Part shown: positions 13,501-38,300 of the stretch, piece after piece
Layout of the letters: each line of letters begins with the position of its first letter
How positions within the stretch are numbered: the stretch's first letter is position 1
Assembly: GCA_964016885.1 (NCBI GenBank)
Contig: OZ024757.1
Span: 4,774,001 to 4,838,000, forward strand
Length of the DNA stretch: 64,000 bases
Source of the DNA: Eledone cirrhosa
Taxonomy: Eukaryota
Direction: 5' to 3'
Notes under the pieces: generated by a model
Database searches by the model: none
The model's input: the letters and a program-made list of their open reading frames with translations, nothing else
What the model was told of the DNA's origin: nothing
Program-made: the position numbers and the translations under genes

Positions 13501-13850
13501 CTACGACTAGTCTCGCAGAGGCACCTCTCCATCTCACCTCTTGCACGCAGCACACATCCACCTGCCTTCTCTCCAGCATCTCCGCTATTTCAGCAGATCT
13601 ACCTCTGAGAGTGCCAACATTAAGTGTTGCAACTCTGAGATGCGACGTCTTCATATTTTGTTGTTGTTCCTATTTGTTGCTGTGCTGATAAGCGTTTTGG
13701 CATTGATACACTGGTTGGATGCCCTTCCTAACACCAGCGCCACTTTACAGCATGGACTGGGTGCTTTTATTTGTGCCACCAGTACTAGAGAGGATGTCTT
13801 ACTAGACTCAAGGGCCCTCTCTACCCCTCCACTTTTCAGCATGGTCATTA
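10590..13850 (-). mobile_element. Near full-length RTE-clade LINE (APE + RT with PHD-like Cys insert), frameshifted
   Basis: APE motifs TLNVGTL, QEVRW, SAYAPQ, GDFNGHVG, HRLVV; RT motifs QFGF, DLEKAFD, GVHQGSVLSP, LYADD; RGRPRKTW C-terminus; (GAT)n tail; ORF split near 13258 and 10930. Confidence 0.95.
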
Positions 13851-13879
13851 AAAAAAAAAATATATATATATATATATCG

Positions 13880-14095
13880 ACAGTCGATCGACTTTCGTCA
13901 AATCGGACCGAGGGAACAATGTTTCCGTTGGTCTTTCCAATTGCTAATACTATCTATCGGTCGCAACTCCAGGTAGAAGGAGCAACGTGAAATAAAGTGT
14001 CTTGCTCTAGGACATAACGCATCACCTGGTTCAGGAATCGAACTCACAACCTTACGATTGCGAATCCAATTCTCTAACCACTCAGCCACACGACT
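13880..14095 (-). mobile_element. tRNA-derived SINE
   Basis: TGGCTGAGTGG A-box, GAGTTCGATTCC B-box, then GAGCAAGACACTTTATTTCAC core. Confidence 0.8.
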
Positions 14096-14097
14096 TC

Positions 14098-14994
<897 letters not shown>

Positions 14995-15494
14995 TCATCA
15001 TCATCATCATCATCAGGTTTAGCGTCCGTGTTCCACGCTTGCATGGGTTTGGACGGGGGTTTTCCCACTTGAGGCAAGAGTGGTTGTCTTGCTCGCATAG
15101 GACTGTCTGGCGGGTTTTCTACAGTTGGATGCCCTTCCTAACACCAACCACATTTACAGTGTGGGGCTGGGAGGTTTTTACCGTGTTGCCTACACGGCCA
15201 CATTACAGCGTGGACTGTCTGGCGGGTTTTCTACAGCTGGATGCCCTTCCTAACGCCAACGACATTTACAGTGTGGGGCTGGGAGGTTTTTACCGTGTTG
15301 CCTACACGGCCACATTTACAGCGTGGACTGTGTGTTTTTTGTCGTGACACCTACACGATCTCATTTGTTTCGGCCTGGATGTTGTGGGACCAACATAACT
15401 TTACATTGAAAGGGGCGGTGTGGGTGGGGTGGAGGTGGTGGGACGGGGGTGTGTTTTGATAGAGATGCCTACTGACTGTAGTAGGTTTTTACTT

Positions 15495-15917
15495 TGTATT
15501 TAGGTAAGGCGGGTCTTCTCTATTACTGAGTACCGCCAAAGGTCTCGGTCCAGTGACATTGTCTTGGAGAGGTGTAAGCGTGTGAGGTCGGAATTTATCA
15601 GCTCGTCCCATGTTTTTCTGGGTCTGCCTACTCCGTGGCTACCGTCTATCTTTATTGCCCTGCACTTTGTTATACAGCTGTCGTCTTTCATGCGCATCAC
15701 GTGACCGTACCAACGTAGCCTTCTCTCGAGTAAACAACATCTGATCCCTCTTATTTCTAATTTTTTCCTTAGTTCGTTTATGCTTTGCCGTTCACGTATA
15801 TTACTATTGCACATCCAGCGGAGCATGCAAGCTTCGTTCCTCTCTAGTCTGCGTATATCCTCTGCACACAATGCCCAGGTCTCACTGCCATGCAGCATTA
15901 CTGTTCGTATGCAGGCA
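15495..15917 (-). mobile_element. RTE LINE 3' part, cut by the assembly gap
   Basis: MLHGSETWAL...RRLRWYGHVMRM...GRPRKTW. Confidence 0.9.
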
Positions 15918-16117
15918 NNNNNNNNNNNNNNNNNNNNNNNNNNNNNNNNNNNNNNNNNNNNNNNNNNNNNNNNNNNNNNNNNNNNNNNNNNNNNNNNNNN
16001 NNNNNNNNNNNNNNNNNNNNNNNNNNNNNNNNNNNNNNNNNNNNNNNNNNNNNNNNNNNNNNNNNNNNNNNNNNNNNNNNNNNNNNNNNNNNNNNNNNNN
16101 NNNNNNNNNNNNNNNNN
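15918..16117. other. Assembly gap (200 N)
   Basis: Run of N. Confidence 1.
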
Positions 16118-28250
<12,133 letters not shown>

Positions 28251-28419
28251 ATCCTTCCTCTTACAAATCTAAACTTATTTTCCACCAATATCAAATGTGA
28301 ATACTTGGCAGTTTGATAGACTCCAAATATTGCTGGCCATTTTTACAATTCTATTTTCATTCGAAATTAAAATCTTTCTCTGATCTATTCTTGACGTTTT
28401 GAATTAATTTTAAATCTAT

Positions 28420-28740
28420 GCCAGAAATTTCAGCATTGGTTTGTCAACACCAACATTCCCTGCTATAGTGTGTGTAATTATTACATAAGGTAATTTCTTG
28501 TCTGCTATGTTAAATCTTAGTGGCCTACACCAACATTCCCCGTTGTAGTGTGTCATTAAGGGACCCTCTATTACATAAGGTAATGTCTTCTCTGCTATGA
28601 TGAAATTTAGAGCCCTACACCAACATTCCCTGTTGTAGTGTGTAATTGGAGGGCCCTCTATCATCTGAGGTAATGCTGTGAGTTTCTAGTCTCAGAAATT
28701 TTAGAGGGTAACACAAACATTCTCTGTTATAGTAATTGAA
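28420..28740. repeat. Degenerate ~80-94 bp repeat 3' of ZNF arrays (also ~42975-43330, ~58660-58730, ~59205-59470)
   Basis: Recurring CACCAACATTCCCTGTTGTAGTGTGTAATT...GGGCCCTCT...GAGGTAAT. Confidence 0.7.
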
Positions 28741-28944
28741 GGAGTAGTTTTACCTGTTTTCCTTTTTCTTTCTGACTCCCTTTTTTTTATTGATTTCATT
28801 GTTTTGTAAACAATTTATTAATTTTTCATAATTAATTTTGTACATAGTATTTATGTCCTAAATTTCATTCTATTTGAATATAATAAAAGAATTATATTTA
28901 AGGAATTTATCAAGTCTGTATCTTCAATTTTTTGTTATTTTGCC

Positions 28945-30019
28945 ATCTAAATCTCTGTTATTAACACCATATGTAATGATATAATCTTGTAAGTAGTTTT
29001 AATACATCTAACACCCATCAAAATCTCTGTTATTAACACCACATGTAATGATATCATCTTGTAAGTAGTTTTAATACATCTAACAGCCATCTAAATCTCT
29101 GTTATTAACACCATATGTAATGATACCATCTTGTAAATAGTTTTAATACATCTAACACCCATCTAAATGTCTGTTATTAACACCATATGTAATGATACCA
29201 TCTTGTAAGTAGTTTTAATACATCTAACATCCATCTAGATCTCTGTTATTAACACCATATGTAATGATACCATCTTGTAAGTAGTTTTAATACATCTAAC
29301 ACCCATCTAAATCTCTGTTATTAACACTATGTAATGATACCATCTTGTAAGTAGTTTTAATACATCTAACACCCATCTCAATCTCTGTTATTAATACTAT
29401 ATATAATGATATCATCTTGTAAGTAGTTTTAATACATCTAACACCTATCTAAATCTCTGTTATTAACACCATATGTAATGATACCATCTTGTCAGTCGTT
29501 TTAATACATCTAACACCCATCTCAATCTCTGTTATTAATACTATATGTAATGATACCATCTTGTAAGTAGTTTTAATACATCTAACAACCATCTAAATCT
29601 CTGCTATTAACACCATATGTAATGATATCATCTTGTAAGTAGTTTTAATACATCTAACAACCATCTAAATCTCTGTTATTAACACCATATGTAATGATAT
29701 CATCTTGTAAGTAGTTTTAATACATCTAACACCCATCTAAATCTCTGTTATTAACACTATATATAATGATATCATCTTGTAAGTAGTTTTAATACATCTA
29801 ACACCTATCTAAATCTCTGTTATTAACACCATATGTAATGATATCATCTTGTAAGTAGTTTTAATACATCTAACACCCATCTAAATCTCTGTTATTAACA
29901 CTATATATAATGATATCATCTTGTAAGTAGTTTTAATACATCTAACACCTATCTAAATCTCTGTTATTAACACCATATGTAATGATATCATCTTGTAAGT
30001 AGTTTTAATACATCTAACA
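28945..30019. repeat. 72-bp minisatellite, array 1
   Basis: Unit CATCTAAATCTCTGTTATTAACACCATATGTAATGATATCATCTTGTAAGTAGTTTTAATACATCTAACACC, ~15 copies. Confidence 0.95.
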
Positions 30020-31177
30020 CAAACACTTCAATATTGTTTAAAATCATTGAAATTCTATCACTCTTCGTATATTTTACAACTGAAATTTAGAAATTTGACA
30101 ATATCCTGGTTATAGGGCCACTAACTTTGGTGGTATCATTGTTTCCCTAAAGTAACAAGAAAAATGAAAACTTAGTCACAAAATATCACAAACTGTTGAA
30201 GTATTAGTTGTTTGTTGTTGAACTTGTAGTAATGGAGATTTCTGGCGTTCTTGGTCCCTATACCACCTCCCTACTAACTGTTATCAGGGTGGAGTTAGCC
30301 ACCCACAGGAGTGTCTTGTTAAACTATAGTGGTGGAGACAATTGTCAGACTTGGTCCCTATACCAGCTCCCTACTAACTGTTATCAGGGTGGAGTTAGCC
30401 ACACACAGGAGTGTCTTGTTAAACTATAGTGGTGGAGACAATTGTCAGACTTGGTCCCTATACCAGCTCCCTACTAACTCTTATCAGGGGGGAGTTGTCC
30501 ACACACAGGAGAAAGCCCCACAGGTTTTAAAAGCTATTTCAACACATCTCACTTGCTGTCCTCCAGGGTAACCCCCTTTCACCATTCTGTCCTCTCCTGG
30601 GACCACAAGTAAGCTGGTATCTAATATTCTCCATGCCAGAGAGAATTCTCCCACACTGTCCAGGTTTGTATCATTGGGGGTAGTGATGGTATAGTTTACT
30701 GATTGTTGTTAGTCACAGTCAATTATAAGATATGTTTCAAGAAATACGAAGCAACAAATATTATTTGCTAAAACTAATTAAATCTCTATTGATTTGTAAA
30801 TTAGGCTCAAGAGCAGCAGATTTAGGAGAAGAGCAAAGTTGATTAAATCAACCCCAATACATAACTGGTAATATATTTTATCAACTCTAGAATGTTGAAA
30901 TAATTATTTTACCTTGGCAGGATTTGAACTGGGAATGTTAAGAACCAGAACAAATACTGCAATAATATTTTATCTGGTGCTCTACCAATTCTGCCATTCT
31001 ACCATCTTTGTTTAAATCTATATTAAAGTAAATGTAGAATATGTCCATCTACCATTTGAAATTCTACTGAGATAGGCCCAGAACAACACAGTAGTGTTTC
31101 AATAGAACACATACACACAAACATTTTCTTCACTGTAATATCAATTCTCAACTTTTAAATATACTTCAAGAATTACT

Positions 31178-31575
31178 ATGGAGGACGTTAAACAGTTGGA
31201 CATTTCTAACACAGCTGTTTTTACCAATATAGATACAGTTACACAGTCATACAGTAGTGAGAAACTTCTATCTAGTGAAACATGTACTGAACATGGATCA
31301 TTACACTGAAATATTCCTGAATATAGTTGTGAGATTTGTAGGAAAACTTTCTCATCAAAAGATGTATCTATACACAAACACATACATATTAAAGACAAAC
31401 ACCATCACTGTGAAATATGTGGGAAATCTTTCACTGAAAAAACTAAATTTTTTAGACCTTCATGTAGTCACACAGAAGTAAAACCCTGTCACTGTGAAAT
31501 ATGTGGGAAATATTTTGCTTCCAACAGTAATTTAACTGTATACAAAAGAACACATACTGGACAAAAACCCTATTA
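31178..31575 (+). pseudogene. C2H2 ZNF 5' stub (MEDVKQLDISNT...) with premature stop, truncated by a LINE
   Basis: Same N-terminus as 46897 and 56632; in-frame TGA near 31306. Confidence 0.85.
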
Positions 31576-34420
31576 TTCTCAATTCAGAGGAGTAGCAGGT
31601 CTACCTTAAGCAACTCTATGAGGCATGCACTCTATTTAATAACATTATTCCAAGGACCCTATTTCGTCCACTTGTATTTGTGATCATATTCTTTCAGCCA
31701 TCACTTGTGGACATGGCCCTGAAATACTTGAACTTCTCCACTTGCTTCAGTGGAACTCCATTCACATGTAGAGTGCAGGGTGCAGGCTTCCTTGAGAGGA
31801 TGAGTGTCTCAATTTTCACAGCACTGATTTTCAATCAAGCCATGAACACACAAACATGGATGACTTGTCCACCACTGAAGAGACCACCAAAGATATATAG
31901 CTGCTAAGGAGTGGCAATGCTGCAGGAGTTGAAGGAATTCTACATAAGATGTTGAAACATGGGAGCCCAGCATTAGATGTGAAACTCCACAAGATCTCTG
32001 TAGTTCAATCACCATCACCCTTTACAAGAACAAAGAGGCAAAGTCAGAGTACTCAAATTACTGGGGGGGGGGGGTATTCTGTTCTCTGTCATGAGAAAAA
32101 TCCCTGCTAAGATGCTGTTGAACCAGATGGTACCTACCATTGCAGAATAACACCTCCCAGAGAGTCAGTGTAGCTACAAAGACAACAACAACACCATAGA
32201 CATCACAATAACACCTCCCAGAGAGTCAGTGTAGATATAAAGTCAACAACAACACCTCCCAGTTAGTCAGTCTAGCTACAGAGTCAACAACAACACCACA
32301 GACATCACAATAACACCTCCCAGAGAGTCAGTGTAGCTACAAAGTCAACAACACCATAGACATCACAATAACACCTCCCAGAGAGTCAGTGTAGATACAA
32401 AGTCAACAACAACACCACAGACATCACAATAATACCTCCCAGAGAGTCAGTGTAGCTACAGAGTCAACAACAACACCATAAACATCACAATAACACCTCC
32501 CAGAGAGTCAATGTAGCTACAGAGTCAACAACAACACCATAGACATTACAATAATACCTCCCAGAGAGTTAGTGTAGCTACAAAGTCAACAATAACACCT
32601 CCCAGAGAGTCAGTGTAGCTACAAAGTCAACAACAACACCATAGACATCACAATAACACCTCCCAGAGAGTCAGTGTAGCTACAGAGTCAACAACAACGC
32701 CATAGACATCACAATAACACCTCCCAGAGTGTCAGTGTAGCTACAGAATCAACAACAACACCACATACATCACAATAACACCTCCCAGAGAGTCAGTGTA
32801 GCTACAATGTCAACAACAACACCACATACATCACAATAACACCTCCCAGAGAGTCAGTGTAGCTACAAAGTCAACAGCAACACCACAGACATCACAATAA
32901 CACCTCCCAGAGAGTCAGTGTAGCTACAAAGTCAACAACAACATCATAGACATCACAATAACACGTCCCAGAGAGTCAGTGTAGCTACAAAGTCAACAAC
33001 AACAACACCACAGACATCACAATAACACCTCCCAGAGAGTCAGTCTAGCTACAGAGTCAACAATAACACCTCCCAGAGAGTCAGTCTAGCTACAAAGTCA
33101 ACAACAACACCATAGACATCACAATAACACCTCCCAGAGAGTCAGTGTAGCTACAAAGTCAACAACAACACCATAGACATCACAATAACACCTCCCAGAG
33201 AGTCAGTGTAGCTACAAAGTCAACAACAACACCATAGACAAGGTGTTCATTCTCAGGCAGCTTCAAGAGAAGTGCTGAGAGCAAAATAAAGGGCTGTATG
33301 TGGTGTTTATTGATTTTACTATAGCATTCAATATAGTGAGCAGATCATGGAATTTCTAATTTGTTCCCTGAAGTTGCTGAACATCGTCATCCAGCTACAG
33401 GAAGGCCAGTGTTGTCAGGTCAGACTCAACAGTGACTTCTCAGAACCCTTCCCAAACATCAACTGTGTGTCCTGGGTTGTGTCCTAGCACCGACTCTCTT
33501 TAGTATGATGTTCAAGCAGGTCACAGAAGATGTTGATACCATCTTGCCTGCAGTCTGTTTAATCTTCCTCAACTACAGGCCCACATGAAAGTCCCTGGAG
33601 CAACAGATCTGAGACCTTTTCTTTGCAGACGATGCTGCTCTTGTTGGCCTCACATAAAGAGTCTTGCAACACATCACTTCCTGCTTTACAGAAGCTGCCC
33701 AACTCTTTGGGATGTCAGCTTAAAGAAGATAGATGTACTCCACCAGCCTACACTTCAGGAAGAGTACATCCATCCATATACCAATTGGTGAGACAACTGA
33801 AAAATGGTCCACCTGTTCACCAACCTGGGGTGCACCTTCACGTCACATCTCAAGATCGACAGGTAACAGACTGGCAAAGGTGAGCAGTGCATTTGGCAGA
33901 CTGTACAAACCTGTGTAGAATAATAAACACCTGAAGAAGGGTACCAAGATCAGAGTGTACAGAACCATAGTCCTTCCCATCTTCCTATATGGCTTAGAGT
34001 TGTGGGTCACTTAACATCAACACCTTCGTCTCCTTGAGTGCAACACCAAGGTGGGCAGGGTACATCTCCTGGATGAAGGATCTGCCCAGGATCATGCTCT
34101 ATGGTGAACTCTCCACTGATCATTGTGAAAGGGGGCCAACACATCGACCATCACTGGTGGTCCACCCTAGCTGAAACATGGGACGCCTGGTGTCTCACCA
34201 ACAACCATGCTGTCTGTTCCTTGAAAAACACCCACAGGGCCACCCTTGAGGAGAAGAGACCTAGGAGGAAGAACCACAACACTAAGTTATCAAACCCTTC
34301 TCCAGACCTTCATCTGTGGCTGTGCCATGCCTGTCCTACATAGGCCTGACCAGCCACAAGCAGGCCTTCAATCAACGTAGAACAACTCCTTCTTCACCTT
34401 TGTTCTCGAAGCCAAGCCAT
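31576..34420 (+). mobile_element. Decayed RTE (BovB-like) LINE preceded by a short inverted RTE fragment, with an internal 61-bp VNTR
   Basis: HLPESQC...TIDKVFILRQLQEKC*EQNKGLYVVFIDF, GCVLAPTLF, FADDAAL motifs. Confidence 0.85.
32146..33240. repeat. 61-bp minisatellite inside the RTE RT, array 1
   Basis: Unit AATAACACCTCCCAGAGAGTCAGTGTAGCTACAAAGTCAACAACAACACCATAGACATCAC, plus 40-bp short variants. Confidence 0.95.
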
Positions 34421-34580
34421 GATAAATTTTATTGAGTTACAGATGGAGATATAAATATATATACAAACAATTAACACTACCAGGGGAGACAACCTCACCA
34501 TGGCATAATTCAAGTCCCAGATTAGTATGATCGAGTAGGCATATATTTAAATATTGGAAATTGTTTTAGCTGTACCCATC

Positions 34581-34620
<40 letters not shown>

Positions 34621-34625
<5 letters not shown>

Positions 34626-34791
34626 AGTATGTATGTATACGTACATACATATATGTATACAGACGTACAGTAGCATGTATATATGTGTGCCTGATACGTG
34701 CATATATATATGTGTGCCTGTATGTATATATATACATGGTACTGTACGTCTGTATACATATATGTATGTACGTATACATACATACTTACAT
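34621..34791. repeat. Foldback: ~52-63 bp inverted arms inside a (TA)n tract
   Basis: ATGTAAGTATG...GACGTACAGTA at 34621 is the reverse complement of 34740-34791. Confidence 0.85.
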
Positions 34792-34845
34792 TTAAGTAAT
34801 TGCCGTACTAAGAGTGAGAAATGAAATTTCGTTTCATTCTATTCC

Positions 34846-34999
<154 letters not shown>

Positions 35000-35075
35000 A
35001 TAAAGAAAAAAAGATGAAATCGAAAATGCAACTGGAGTTTTATTTAAAAAAAATATATATATATTTATTTGGTTC

Positions 35076-35111
35076 CTTTACCGATTTCGCAGTTCTTCTG
35101 CTTTTCAAAAG
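35076..35111 (-). ncRNA. Minimal type-I hammerhead-like motif, U3-A8 core, weak stem I (family Z, copy A)
   Basis: CTT-TTGAAAA-GCAG-AAGAA-CTGC-GAAA-TCGG-TA-AAG. Confidence 0.55.
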
Positions 35112-35379
35112 TAGAGTTGAGATGGAGGGTTGTGGTTTTTCTCACATCGTTTAGTCATATATATATTTAAAGGTTAAACAAGGTTCAATGAATAAATCAA
35201 TGAATAAAGTTTTACAATAGATTAGAAGCACTCCACAGTATGGGTTTTCCGGAGTTATTAATATTAATTCAAAATATTAACATATATATATATATGACTA
35301 AACGACTCAATGTCTTCCTCCAGTGTTTTAAACTTGAGAATATGGGCGATGTTTATTTAGAGTTAGGGGCTTATATACA

Positions 35380-35472
<93 letters not shown>

Positions 35473-35489
35473 GTATTTATATATATGTA

Positions 35490-35573
<84 letters not shown>

Positions 35574-35629
35574 ATTTAAAAAATAATGAATAAAACAATG
35601 AAACAGTTCCTTATATTAAACAAAAAAAG

Positions 35630-35782
35630 TTCATTATTTAACGATCGTTTCTAGGACATATATGTGTTAGAATTGGCATGCATATTCAACAGATCTATGT
35701 ACAAAATTATACAAAATTATACAAACTATCAAATATAATATACATACCAACACATACATATGCCGTCTTCAGAAATAATGAA
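35630..35782 (-). ncRNA. Type-I hammerhead ribozyme in the 3' pLTR, with a long stem II
   Basis: TTCATTATTT-CTGAAGA-[~115 nt closed by GGCATATG../..CATATATGTCC]-GAAA-CGATCG-TT-AAATAATGAA: 10-bp stem I, palindromic stem III. Confidence 0.8.
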
Positions 35783-36099
35783 ATATATTTATTGATAACA
35801 ACAATTCAAAATTACAGGTCTGTTTGGGAACAGAGTTCAAATTGACCAATGAAATACACAAAAATATATCAAGAAAATACAGTTAGGTGTGTGTATATAT
35901 GTAAGTAACTTCGTTCACAGATATGCATAAAAATATATGTTCACATGCATACGCATGTCGAAAAAATGTATGTAAATACAAAAATTCAGGGCTAATGTCT
36001 CTGTATGTTTATAATTTACAGATAAAATACACATACGTATATAAACATATATACATTCATATATACACACATATACATACATTCACACACACACCCGCA

Positions 36100-37230
<1,131 letters not shown>

Positions 37231-37399
37231 ACAAATAATTATAGGGGGGGGATTAAAATTATTAGTGGGAAATAGTAAATATAGGTTTCAAGGAACATAG
37301 AATATTAATCTGCATTTAGATCATAATATGTGTTTACATAGTAGTTTCAGTATTAGGAAATGTAAGAAAGAAGGCAAAATTATGCATTTTAATATAAGT

Positions 37400-38300
37400 A
37401 GACTATTAATTATAGGTTAACTAAATTAAAAATAGTTAATATATTGATTTCTAAGGTGTATACTACTTAGGTTTATAATATTTGAAGCGGAATTTTGAAG
37501 TTAAACAGTAGTAGAGTATTAATTATAGCATAACTAAATTAAAAATATTAACATTATGGTATCAACATTAGGAAATGAATTTAGTAATAGGGAAAACCAA
37601 ATCAAGTATTTCATCGGTAGTAGAATATAAATTATAGGTTAACTAAATTAAAAATTATATATTAATTTCTATATTATATGTTAATTAGGTTTATAATAAT
37701 TAAAGCAGATTTTGTATTTTATCTATAGTAGAATATAATTATAGGTTAACAAAAATTAAAATTAATATATATATATATATATTTAATTGTAAAGAATATA
37801 TTAATTAGGTATATATTTAAAAATTTATCTCAGTTTATGATTACATGATATTCTGCAATCCATCTGTATTAGAATTTTAATTTTAAGCTAATTAAATTAA
37901 AATTATAGGTTAACTAAATTAAAATTAATTTATAAATAAATTTCTAAATTGTACATTAATTAGGTTTATAATATTAAAAATATTTCTCTGTTATTGATTA
38001 CACGATATTTTGTTATATTTCATCTGTAAAGGAATTTTAATAAAAGGTTAAATAAACTAAAATTAATCTATAAATTAATTTACAAAGTATATATTAATTA
38101 TGTTAATAATATTTAAAAGTTTTTCACAATTTATGATTACACAATATTTTATAATCTCATCTGTAGTAGAATTTTAATTAAATTAAATTTATAGGTTAAC
38201 TACATTTAAATTAAATTATATATTAATTTCTAAAATATATATTATTAATTAGGTTTATAATATTTAAATGTTTTTCTCAGTTTATGATTACACGATATAA
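37400..38300 (-). repeat. ~7 diverged 107-164 bp tandem units in the PLE 3' UTR, overlapping the ORF end
   Basis: ATAGGTTAACTAAATTAAA-like motif near 37410, 37523, 37633, 37740, 37904, 38042 and 38191. Confidence 0.75.

Noticed and set aside
13876-13900. GAAA-GTCGATCGAC palindrome on the minus strand as a hammerhead
   Set aside because: No CUGANGA or UUGANAA core upstream, and position 17 would be G
13898-14095. tRNA genes here and at 63482
   Set aside because: A/B boxes run into SINE body sequence without a proper acceptor stem
30208-30660. ORFs MFVVELVV... (also 46027) as missing QRSL1 exons or a gene
   Set aside because: No amidase similarity, contains a ~102-bp tandem duplication and stops; identity unresolved
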